64,000 nt of DNA from an uncultured Clostridia bacterium. Lineage in GTDB: Bacteria > Bacillota > Clostridia > Tissierellales > DATGTQ01. Positions within the stretch are counted from its first letter, which is position 1, and each line of letters begins with the position of its first letter. The DNA lies in assembly GCA_964447805.1 (NCBI GenBank), contig CAYUTQ010000010.1:66-64065 (forward strand), written 5' to 3'. The position numbers and the translations under genes are program-made. Below, piece after piece: positions 44,267 to 54,392 of this stretch. Below the pieces are notes generated by a model. It saw only the letters and a program-made list of their open reading frames with translations. It searched no databases and had not been told where the DNA came from.

Positions 44267-44920
44267 TTATTTTAAATCTTTGTCTTTTTCAAGAATAGAA
44301 TCTATACATGAAATGTTATGCTTTTGCATAACAATTTTTTCCTTCCTCAAAAGCAAATCTAAATCTTCTTTAGTTTCTGCATAAATTATTTGAACACTAC
44401 CACAGTTCAAACACTTAACCTCTATTCTATCTGAAAATATCTCTATATTTATATCTTCATTTCCACAACTACAACCAATTCTTCCATCTATCATCAATCT
44501 ATCTACTTTATTTAAACAGGCAGCCAATATTTTAAAATTTTTAAAATACTCATCGAATTCTTCATCTACTAATTCTGCTCCAAAATTTAAATCATAATTG
44601 TTTACAAGTTTATCTGCAATATTTGTATCTCCTATAAAACAAGTTTTGATACCATTTTCACATGTAAATAATAAATCTTTATAAATTAAATTTTTTAAAG
44701 AATATCTATATAAATGCTCTTGGCCACAACCAAAACATAATATTTTTATCCAATATGTTTTGTTTCCACTTTTTCGTAAACTAATATTTTCTTTTCCACA
44801 TTTGCAGCTAAAAGTTAAATTCTCTTTTTCAACAATTTCAAATATATTTAAATCATATTTCATAAGTCTACCACAATTATTACATCTAACTAGCAAGGCT
44901 CTATGTCCATAAACTACCAT
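44267..44920 (-). CDS. Cysteine-rich hypothetical protein with three zinc-ribbon-like modules
   Basis: 217 aa. Cys pairs are CNNC...CKC, CFGC...C and CSC...CLNC. Lies between pyrG and fba, where B. subtilis has ywjG/spo0F. I recognise no family. Confidence 0.4.
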   Translation of the reverse strand: MVVYGHRALLVRCNNCGRLMKYDLNIFEIVEKENLTFSCKCGKENISLRKSGNKTYWIKILCFGCGQEHLYRYSLKNLIYKDLLFTCENGIKTCFIGDTNIADKLVNNYDLNFGAELVDEEFDEYFKNFKILAACLNKVDRLMIDGRIGCSCGNEDINIEIFSDRIEVKCLNCGSVQIIYAETKEDLDLLLRKEKIVMQKHNISCIDSILEKDKDLK

Positions 44921-45132
44921 AATGACACCTCCTACTTTTACTATTCTTCATAAATTATATAATTCCTTCTATTTGTCAGCATTTTTTTACGAAAATATTT
45001 TTATGTATAAAAATACCTTTTAATGTCATTTTTGTAAATAACATATTGAACTCCAATCTTTTTTTAATATTTTATACTTTTAAATATATAATATAACCTT
45101 GCTATTAATATAAAACTCAACAAAATTTACAA

Positions 45133-45163
45133 TAAAAAAAAGTGAGGAACATTCCTCACTTTT
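45133..45163 (-). terminator. Intrinsic terminator after pyrG
   Basis: Stem AGTGAGGAA/TTCCTCACT immediately after the stop codon, followed by a U-run on the minus strand. Confidence 0.85.
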
Positions 45164-46789
<1,626 letters not shown>

Positions 46790-46984
46790 TTAAAATACAC
46801 TTAACTATGATAGTTTATCTTATTTGAGTAAATATGTCAATTAAGTGATTATTAATAGATAATAGTCTACCTCAGTTTTTCTGCTCCATATTAATATAAT
46901 AAAAAAAATCTAAATTTAAATTCACTTTTACTTTATTATATGTATTTTTACATTATGTATTTAATAAACTTCTATGTAAATAAT

Positions 46985-47173
46985 TCATTCTATCATTTTT
47001 AAATATATTCTTAAATTTTCCAAAAAAATTTCAAAGGTTACATCCTTCCCAAAAACTAAGTAATTATAAACTAAATCCCTTCCTAATTGTTCTAATGCAA
47101 TTTTTAATTCCCTATCTGTTACACCTTCCAAATTAATGTATTTACTTAAATTGTCCTTGTACGTACTAAGCAA
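46985..47173 (-). CDS. Hypothetical small protein
   Basis: About 62 aa if started at the TTG at 47173 (SD GGGAGGA 6 nt upstream). I recognise no motif. Coding status is uncertain. Confidence 0.3.
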   Translation of the reverse strand: MLSTYKDNLSKYINLEGVTDRELKIALEQLGRDLVYNYLVFGKDVTFEIFLENLRIYLKMIE

Positions 47174-47632
47174 TATACTTCCTCCCATACCATACTATTA
47201 AATATTAATTTACATATATAGATATTGTATCATTTTTTGTTTGATATTGTAATATTATATATATTTTTTTATTTTTGTCTAATGGGATATTAAAAATATT
47301 TCTAAAAACTTCATAAATATGTTATAATTTACATATTGAATTTAAATAGAAAGGAATAATATAGTAAAAAACAAAAATTTAAAGATAATACTTATTCTAA
47401 TATTTTATTAACCTATATGAAAATTTAATCAATACTTATGCAAAAAAGTAGTGAATTAGAAAAGGAAAGTGATAAAAAATTAAACTAAACCAAAAGAAAC
47501 AATCTAAAGTGATTTTAGTATTTTACAATAATTGCCTATTGAAAGGCAAAAAAACCTATGCTAACATTAGATCAATCTTTTAATTGTAACTATGAAATCA
47601 CAGTATTCTTACAAATATGGAGGGAATTTAAA

Positions 47633-48451
47633 ATGACTGATATCATCATAATAGGTAGTATAAATATGAATTTAGTTGCTCATGTAGTGGAAATACCTAA
47701 AAAAGGAGAAACAGTTATTGGGACAAGCTTCAACCAGATTCCTGGAGGAGAAGGTACTAAGCAAGCCATATCAATGGCTAAACTAAAAGGTAATGTAGCA
47801 ATGATAGGGAAAATAGGAAATGATAACTTTGGAGACATGTTGTTATCTTCCATGAATTCTAATGGCGTAAATACATATTATATTGAAAAAACAGAAGAAG
47901 CGCCAACAGGTGTAGCTTTGATTTCAATTGATGGGAAAGGAGAAAAATCTATTATAATAGCTTCAGGAGCAAATTTTAAAATAAATACTACTAACATAGA
48001 TAAAGCAGAAAATTTAATTGAACAATCTAATATAGTTGTAATGCAATTAGATATTCCAATAGAAACTGTAGAATATGGATTAAAAAAAGCAAAGAAAAAA
48101 GGAAAATATACTATATTAAATCCTGTACCTGCTCAAGTTTTAGATAGAGAAATAATTGAAAATGTTGACCTTCTAACTCCTAATGAACTAGAGTTAGAAT
48201 TTTTAAGTGGAATTCCTATAAGAAATGAAGAAGATATTAAAAAATCTGCTAAAATTCTCTTAGGACAAGGCGTAAAAGAATTAATAGTTACCTTAAAAAA
48301 TAAAAAATGTATCTATATAAGCCCTACTAAATTTAAAAAATACAATACCTATATAGATACAGAAAATCGCTTTAATAGTGCTCTTATAGTAAAATTATCT
48401 CAAGGAAAAAATATAGATGAAGCTATAAATTTTGCATTAATGGGGAATTAA
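47633..48451 (+). CDS. PfkB/ribokinase-family homologue lacking the catalytic GAGD motif (possibly decaying or non-catalytic)
   Basis: 272 aa from the ATG at 47633 (SD GGAGGGA). The N-terminus matches ribokinase (IIGSINMNL, GGEG, NPVP, TPNELE). The expected VDTxGAGDxF reads IDTENRF, and the C-terminus is short. Confidence 0.7.
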   Translation: MTDIIIIGSINMNLVAHVVEIPKKGETVIGTSFNQIPGGEGTKQAISMAKLKGNVAMIGKIGNDNFGDMLLSSMNSNGVNTYYIEKTEEAPTGVALISIDGKGEKSIIIASGANFKINTTNIDKAENLIEQSNIVVMQLDIPIETVEYGLKKAKKKGKYTILNPVPAQVLDREIIENVDLLTPNELELEFLSGIPIRNEEDIKKSAKILLGQGVKELIVTLKNKKCIYISPTKFKKYNTYIDTENRFNSALIVKLSQGKNIDEAINFALMGN

Positions 48452-48472
48452 GAGCAACTCTTAATTTCCCAT
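48440..48472. terminator. Imperfect palindrome spanning both convergent stop codons (likely bidirectional terminator)
   Basis: Arms ATGGGGAATTAAGAG / CTCTTAATTTCCCAT match 14 of 15 with a 3-nt loop. A T-rich tract follows on the plus strand. Confidence 0.6.
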
Positions 48473-49591
48473 TTCTTTTATTCTAGATATATCTTTATCT
48501 CCTCTTCCAGATAAATTGATTATAATAACATTATCTTTAGAAAGAGTCTGTGCTAATTTCATTCCATAACATATAGCATGAGAACTTTCAAGAGCTGGAA
48601 TTATTCCTTCTGTTTTTGTCAATTTAAAAAATGCTTCCAGTGCTTCCTCATCTGTTACCGATACGTATTTTGCTCTTCCTATGGAGCTATAATAACTATG
48701 CTCTGGTCCAACTCCTGGATAATCTAATCCTGCTGCTATAGAATTATTTTTCCCTTTTAATACATGACATTTGAAACCATGTATAATATCTACTTCTCCA
48801 TTTTCAATAGCTGCAGAATTACAAGCCTCTACACCAATCATCTTCACATCTTTATCCTTCACAAAAGGATGAAATAAACCTATTCCATTACTTCCTCCAC
48901 CTATACAAGCTACTAAATAATCTGGAAGTCTTCCTTCTTGTTCTAATATTTGCCTTCTAGCTTCTTTCCCTATAACACTTTGAAAATCCCTAACCATAGT
49001 AGGATATGGATGAGGACCTACAGCAGATCCTAATAGATAAAAAGTATCTTCATGATTTTTAACAAAATCCTCCAACGCAGCATCTACTGCATCCTTCAAA
49101 GTCCTATCTCCTTTTTTAACTGGTACTACCTTACCTCCTAACATTTCTATTTTAAATACATTTAATTCTTGTCTCTTTACATCTACTTCACCCATGTAAA
49201 TAATACATTCTAAATCTAACAAAGCACAAACTGTCGCTGTAGCTACTCCATGTTGCCCAGCTCCTGTTTCAGCAATTATTCTTTTCTTTCCCATTTTTTT
49301 AGCTAGGAGACCTTGACCAATAGCATTATTAATCTTATGAGCTCCTGTATGATTTAAATCTTCCCTTTTTAAATAAATTTTAGCTCCATTCATTTCTTTA
49401 GTTAAATTTTCTGCAAAATATAAAGGACTTTCTCTTCCTACATAGTTTTTATAATAATAATTTACTTCTTCCCAAAACTTCTCGTCTTTTGCATATTTAT
49501 TGTATTCTCTTTCTAATTCTTCTAATACCTTTCTTAAATTTTCATCTACATAAGTTCCACCAAATTCGCCAAAACATCCACTCTTGACCAT
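48461..49591 (-). CDS. trpB: Tryptophan synthase beta chain (stand-alone)
   Basis: 376 aa. PLP-lysine motif HTGAHKINN, plus GGGSNGIG and [11 protein letters not shown]. No trpA or other trp genes are adjacent. Confidence 0.93.
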   Translation of the reverse strand: MVKSGCFGEFGGTYVDENLRKVLEELEREYNKYAKDEKFWEEVNYYYKNYVGRESPLYFAENLTKEMNGAKIYLKREDLNHTGAHKINNAIGQGLLAKKMGKKRIIAETGAGQHGVATATVCALLDLECIIYMGEVDVKRQELNVFKIEMLGGKVVPVKKGDRTLKDAVDAALEDFVKNHEDTFYLLGSAVGPHPYPTMVRDFQSVIGKEARRQILEQEGRLPDYLVACIGGGSNGIGLFHPFVKDKDVKMIGVEACNSAAIENGEVDIIHGFKCHVLKGKNNSIAAGLDYPGVGPEHSYYSSIGRAKYVSVTDEEALEAFFKLTKTEGIIPALESSHAICYGMKLAQTLSKDNVIIINLSGRGDKDISRIKEMGN

Positions 49592-49611
49592 CTTTATACC
49601 CCCTTATTTAA

Positions 49612-49891
49612 AAATAAAAAAACCTTCATCCAACAATAGGACGAAGGCTAATTTTCGTGTTGCCACCTAAATTATGCATATAACTGCATCACTCTTATGG
49701 GATACTTACATATCCTGTCCTTAGATAACGGTAGGCTTCCGACTACAGGTACTTTCAAATACTAATTTCCCTTTGTTTCTACAAAGTCCATTCATTAAAG
49801 TCCTCATTGTTAAGATTCCACCATCCTTAACTCTCTATAAATGAAATACTTTAACTACTCTTCTTTGTCATGGAATTTATTTTATGTAATT
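49612..49891 (-). promoter_or_regulatory. T-box riboswitch leader, Trp specifier (UGG)
   Basis: The minus strand carries stem I with an AGAGAG box and a specifier loop GAA-UGG-A (UGG at 49788-49790). T-box AAUUUAGGUGGCAACACG lies at 49656-49673. A terminator CCUUCGUCC/GGAUGAAGG plus U7 follows. Confidence 0.85.
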
Positions 49892-49897
49892 ACAATG

Positions 49898-49926
49898 ATA
49901 TTACCATATAAATTTTTATAAGTCAA
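49898..49926 (-). promoter_or_regulatory. Sigma-A type promoter for the T-box/trpB unit
   Basis: Minus strand TTGACT-17 nt-TAATAT, with a TG dinucleotide 1 nt upstream of the -10 (extended -10). Confidence 0.6.
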
Positions 49927-49939
49927 TAATTCACAACCA

Positions 49940-50614
49940 TTATTCTTTTTTTCCTTTTGCCGTTACTAATAATTCAATTTTAGGCATAATAAACTTTTTA
50001 ATTAAAATACCTACAAGATATCCCATAATACAGCCCAAAACATTCAAAATAATATCATCAACATTAAAAGTTCTAAAAATATCTAAACCTCTACTAGTAC
50101 CTAAATAAGTGGTTATAAATTGATATGTTTCTATTGATAAAGAAAAAAGAAATGACATAATAAAACATCCTAAAATATTCTTATTAGTTAATAATTTTAT
50201 AAATACACCTAATGGAAATAAAAGAGCAATATTTCCCCAAAGTATAAAATCTATATTTTTATTAAATATAATGGTATTGAAAGGATCAAAATTTGTACTT
50301 ACATAAGGTACTTTATAAGGTTTTATTCTTAGCACTTCAATTAAATCAATCTCCCTTAGAAAACCTGTATAGCAACATACAAAATCTATATATATAATAA
50401 ATAATAAAAAAATAATATAATTTAATAAAGATATCTCTTTTTGTTTTCTACTATATACATAATAAATAAGAACTGCAGGAAAAATAGAAGAGAGTATATA
50501 TATAGGTATTTCAGAAATATCCATATATATTAAATCAAAAAATATAATATCTCTTACAATAATAAAACTTACAATTAATATATATGATAGTAATTTTTTA
50601 TTGTTTTTTCCCAT
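49940..50614 (-). CDS. VanZ-family membrane protein
   Basis: Polytopic protein. The C-terminal DDIILNVLGCIMGYLVG resembles the VanZ signature. The ATG at 50614 follows SD AGGGGG. Overlaps the upstream gene by 17 nt. Confidence 0.65.
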   Translation of the reverse strand: MGKNNKKLLSYILIVSFIIVRDIIFFDLIYMDISEIPIYILSSIFPAVLIYYVYSRKQKEISLLNYIIFLLFIIYIDFVCCYTGFLREIDLIEVLRIKPYKVPYVSTNFDPFNTIIFNKNIDFILWGNIALLFPLGVFIKLLTNKNILGCFIMSFLFSLSIETYQFITTYLGTSRGLDIFRTFNVDDIILNVLGCIMGYLVGILIKKFIMPKIELLVTAKGKKE

Positions 50615-51908
50615 TTTTAACCCCCTCTGCATAATTATTTTTTAATTCATTATATATCTCCTCCATATCCATATCTGTATTTAGTATCTGCTCAAGTGCA
50701 TTATCTCTATAATTAACATATATTTCCCACTCTTCTTCAGTATTAAAAACTTCATCGGTATCGTACCAAATAAATCCTTCAGAACCTTTATAGAAACTAT
50801 CCATATTAAATTTAGGATATCTTTTAGCATAAATATTTTTAATGTCTTCATCGTAATATGTAGTTAACGGTCCTGATACAGCAAAATAATCATGCTTAAG
50901 CATATATTCTGCATATTCTTTACTCATTAATTCTTTTAAAGTTCTTATTGAATTTTCTAAGTTCTGTGTATTCTTATTTACACCAATTGTGCTGAATGTT
51001 GCATAATTTAAATATTTGTCTTCTTCAAAATATGGCATAGGAAGAATTGTACAATCAAACATATTATTAAATTTTACAGCCTTTTCTAAAAGTCCCTTGT
51101 TTACAATTGTCATTGCTACCTTCCCTTCATAAAAAGGTTCTTCTATATTCGCAATAGAGTATTCTCTATGTAATTCTCCAAAAAAATTAAAATAATTTTT
51201 AAGTTTTTCATCTGAAAATATTGTTTTATTATCTGATGAAAAAAATTTTACTCCTGTTGGTTTGACTATATATTCAAAATCCGTAAAAAAAAATGCATCC
51301 ATAGGACCTAACTGTATAGGAGAAAATTCCTTATCCTTGAAAATAAGTTTTTCTTTATTAGCTGCTTCTAATTCATCGGCAATAGCTCTCACTTCATTCC
51401 AAGATAGAGGCTGTGTAGGCACAAAAATATTAAGTTTTTTAAAAATATTATTATTTATTATTAAAACAGTAGATGAAAAACCTGGAGTTAATGAATAAAG
51501 CTTCCCATTGCCTAGCAACCTTGATGTATTTACTACTGATTGAGCCATATTTTCTAATTCATCATTGTTAAAATAATCTTCTATATTTAAAAGTTTATTA
51601 TTATTTATTAGTTCAATTACTTTCGATGTCCTTAAACTAGCTATCATATCAATATCTTGTTTTCCTAAAATATCATTTAAATTACTTTTAGAAAAGTTAC
51701 CATTTAAATCTAATACGGTAATGGTAATAACATTCAATTTAATATTCTTCTTTCTTAAAAATAGTTTTGTACCTATAAAATCATCTTTACAAAATTCATC
51801 TACCAATATATTTACCTGTGGAGTAAAAAAATAATATTTAATTTCACTAATAACTACCAATAAAATTAAGATAACTATAATACCATAAAATATATTCTTT
51901 TTTTTCAT
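50598..51908 (-). CDS. Membrane-anchored extracellular solute-binding-protein-like protein (orphan, no ABC partners nearby)
   Basis: 436 aa. Has an N-terminal TM anchor and an overall family-1 SBP-like composition and length. SD GGGAGGA. The family call is tentative. Confidence 0.55.
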   Translation of the reverse strand: MKKKNIFYGIIVILILLVVISEIKYYFFTPQVNILVDEFCKDDFIGTKLFLRKKNIKLNVITITVLDLNGNFSKSNLNDILGKQDIDMIASLRTSKVIELINNNKLLNIEDYFNNDELENMAQSVVNTSRLLGNGKLYSLTPGFSSTVLIINNNIFKKLNIFVPTQPLSWNEVRAIADELEAANKEKLIFKDKEFSPIQLGPMDAFFFTDFEYIVKPTGVKFFSSDNKTIFSDEKLKNYFNFFGELHREYSIANIEEPFYEGKVAMTIVNKGLLEKAVKFNNMFDCTILPMPYFEEDKYLNYATFSTIGVNKNTQNLENSIRTLKELMSKEYAEYMLKHDYFAVSGPLTTYYDEDIKNIYAKRYPKFNMDSFYKGSEGFIWYDTDEVFNTEEEWEIYVNYRDNALEQILNTDMDMEEIYNELKNNYAEGVKNGKKQ

Positions 51909-52354
51909 ATAATCCTCCCAGAAGTTAACATTGCGCTGAATGAATATTTATTCAGCACAACGAATAATAATTTATCTTAATATCTTAATGTTCCATATAT
52001 TACTTGAGCATAATCAGTGCTATACATATTTCTAAATCGTACTCTATAGCCTTTTCCAACAACCTTACCAAAATTTACTGATTTTCTTCATCCTTTGCCT
52101 CCTTTTTTCGATTATTTCACATTCTGTCTTTACAATTTCACATTACCATATATATCCTTTTTTGGCAAGCAAAACAATATTCTTTTGGCACAAGGGATGT
52201 GTTTATAAATATATTCATATATAGCTTTTTTAAAATATTCAAATGCGGTATATTTAATTAAAATAAATTTATTCAAATTTGTATATTTATGATGAATAAA
52301 TGGGTATCTATAATATATAAATACTGTAGTTAAAAATTAAATAGGAGGTATACT

Positions 52355-52894
52355 ATGAGAAATACTTTAAAACAAGCTAAATTGAACTTTATACTTATGG
52401 CGATAGTATATATTGTTTTTGGTTTAATGTTTATGATTCGTCCTAACACCACTAACAAAATAATCGTTATAATCCTAGGCATACTTATTACTCTATTTGG
52501 GATTTCTAAAATAATTTCCCATGTACAATCTGAAACTATTAAAAGATATGAAAACTTTAATTTAGGAATAGGAATTATTACCTTGTTAATAGGGTTATAT
52601 TTTCTAATAAAACCAGAAACAATAGTTTCTATTCTTGGTGCTATATTGGGATTTTCCCTATTCTTCCACGGAGCTATTAATTTTCAACACGCTTTCAATT
52701 TAAAAGGCATGAGATATGAAAGATGGTGGGCTTCTGCTATATTTGGAATCATAGCTATTGCCTTTGGATTCTATGGGGTAATGAATCCTACAGCTATATC
52801 TCCCGCCTTCTCCATAATCATTGGCTTAGGAATGGTTCTAAGTGGAATAAGCGACATATTTATGATCGTTAAGATCTCTTCATATTTTAAATAA
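52355..52894 (+). CDS. HdeD/DUF308-family membrane protein
   Basis: 179 aa with 6 short TM repeats carrying recurring G..L...G..(F) spacing. SD AGGAGG. Confidence 0.65.
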   Translation: MRNTLKQAKLNFILMAIVYIVFGLMFMIRPNTTNKIIVIILGILITLFGISKIISHVQSETIKRYENFNLGIGIITLLIGLYFLIKPETIVSILGAILGFSLFFHGAINFQHAFNLKGMRYERWWASAIFGIIAIAFGFYGVMNPTAISPAFSIIIGLGMVLSGISDIFMIVKISSYFK

Positions 52895-52915
52895 ATAAGA
52901 CTATATTCTCCATAT

Positions 52916-52968
52916 AAAAAGGGGCTGTTTCATAACTGATCTATCAGTTGTGAAACAGCTCCTTTCTT
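52916..52968. terminator. Bidirectional terminator between the convergent HdeD-like and nhaC genes
   Basis: 20-nt arms GGGGCTGTTTCATAACTGAT/ATCAGTTGTGAAACAGCTCC with 2 mismatches, flanked by an A5 and a T-rich run. Confidence 0.8.
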
Positions 52969-54381
52969 TTACATTATAAACCCGACAATTACATATAACA
53001 CAATAGTAATCCCTGCAAAAGTTAGGGCATAGGGTATTTGAGTCTTAATATGGTCCATAACATCACAACCAGAAGTGGTACAAGACATAATAGTAGTATC
53101 AGAAATTGGTGATGCGTGATCTCCAAATATACTTCCTCCAAATACTGCTGATACAACTAATGGTATATTACTTCCCATAGTCATTGCCATAGGCATAGCT
53201 AAAGACATCATTACTGCCATAGTTCCCATGGAAGTTCCTGTAGCAAAAGAAATAATACAACTAATAATAAACACTAAAGTTGGCAATAAAGCTGGTTTTA
53301 AAAATCCAGAAAATAAATTTGCCAAATATACACCAGTATCTAGCTCTTTTACAACATCTCCCATGGAAAATGCAAATATAAGTATACTAGCAACAGGAAG
53401 CATATTCCCAGTCCCTTTAAAGGCTAAATCCATAAACTCTTGAAAAGTAAATATCTTTTGTGAAATATACATTATACCAGCTACCAATAATCCAAAACAT
53501 ACTCCCCAGAGTATAGCTCTCATGCCATCTCCTTCTAACAAATTTCCATCTCCAGTTATCAATAATCCTACTACAATCATCCCAATCATAGATAATAAGG
53601 GTATAACTAAATTTAATGGAGAAGTCTTTCTATCTATTGCAGGAGCTACTTCTTCTACTGCTTCCTCTATTACAGTATCCTTAGGCTCATCTAATAATCC
53701 AGTTTTAGCTGCTCTTTCTTCTGCTCTTTTCATAGGTCCAAAATCCCTTTCAGTTAAAATAAAAAATAAAACTCCAAAAACTGCCAATAATGAATAAAAA
53801 TTTAATGGTATACTTTTTACCAAAACAGAAGAAGGATCTTCTACACCTTGAGATTGTATTAACCCAATCATAAAAGCTCCCCAACCACTAAGAGGTATAA
53901 GGGTACACACTGGTGTCGAAGTTGAATGAACAATATAAGAAAGTTTCTCGTGAGAAACTCCCATAGCATCACTTAAAGGCCTAGATACAGTTCCTGTAAT
54001 CAAAGTACTTAAAGTTCCAGAAGTAAAAACTACTATTCCTAATATAAATGTAAATAAATTAGCTCCCTTTTTACTTTTAATAATCTCTCTTTTAGCAGTC
54101 ATATATTCTACAAAACCATTAATTCCACCAGACTGCTCCATTAATAATGTCATACCTCCCAATAATGCCACTACAATTATTACAATTGTATTATCTATAT
54201 CTTCAAATACTTCCACAAAAGACATTAAAGTTTTATCAATACCACTAAAAATATTACCCCCACTTAAAACTATATAGCCTAATAATACTCCAGTAAATAA
54301 TGCTACAAAAACATCTTTAAATACTAGAGCTAATATAATAGCAACAAGAGGTGGTAATACCGACCAAAATCCATATTTCAT
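52969..54381 (-). CDS. nhaC: NhaC-family Na+/H+ antiporter-type transporter
   Basis: 470 aa with about 11-12 TM segments. The sequence pattern is typical of the NhaC family. Substrate is not inferable. Confidence 0.8.
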   Translation of the reverse strand: MKYGFWSVLPPLVAIILALVFKDVFVALFTGVLLGYIVLSGGNIFSGIDKTLMSFVEVFEDIDNTIVIIVVALLGGMTLLMEQSGGINGFVEYMTAKREIIKSKKGANLFTFILGIVVFTSGTLSTLITGTVSRPLSDAMGVSHEKLSYIVHSTSTPVCTLIPLSGWGAFMIGLIQSQGVEDPSSVLVKSIPLNFYSLLAVFGVLFFILTERDFGPMKRAEERAAKTGLLDEPKDTVIEEAVEEVAPAIDRKTSPLNLVIPLLSMIGMIVVGLLITGDGNLLEGDGMRAILWGVCFGLLVAGIMYISQKIFTFQEFMDLAFKGTGNMLPVASILIFAFSMGDVVKELDTGVYLANLFSGFLKPALLPTLVFIISCIISFATGTSMGTMAVMMSLAMPMAMTMGSNIPLVVSAVFGGSIFGDHASPISDTTIMSCTTSGCDVMDHIKTQIPYALTFAGITIVLYVIVGFIM

Positions 54382-54392
54382 TTTTCTTCCTC

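Noticed and set aside
47558-47632. Longer N-terminus (MLTLDQSFNCNYEITVFLQIWREFK) for the ribokinase homologue
   Set aside because: It has no SD. The ATG at 47633 is preceded by GGAGGGA at ideal spacing and begins exactly at the conserved ribokinase N-terminal strand (IIIIGSINMN).
52183-52200. TGGCAC at 52186-52191 as a sigma-54 -24 element
   Set aside because: No TTGC(W) -12 element lies at the required 4-5 nt spacing (the sequence is TGGCACaagggATGTG), and no enhancer-binding protein gene is nearby.
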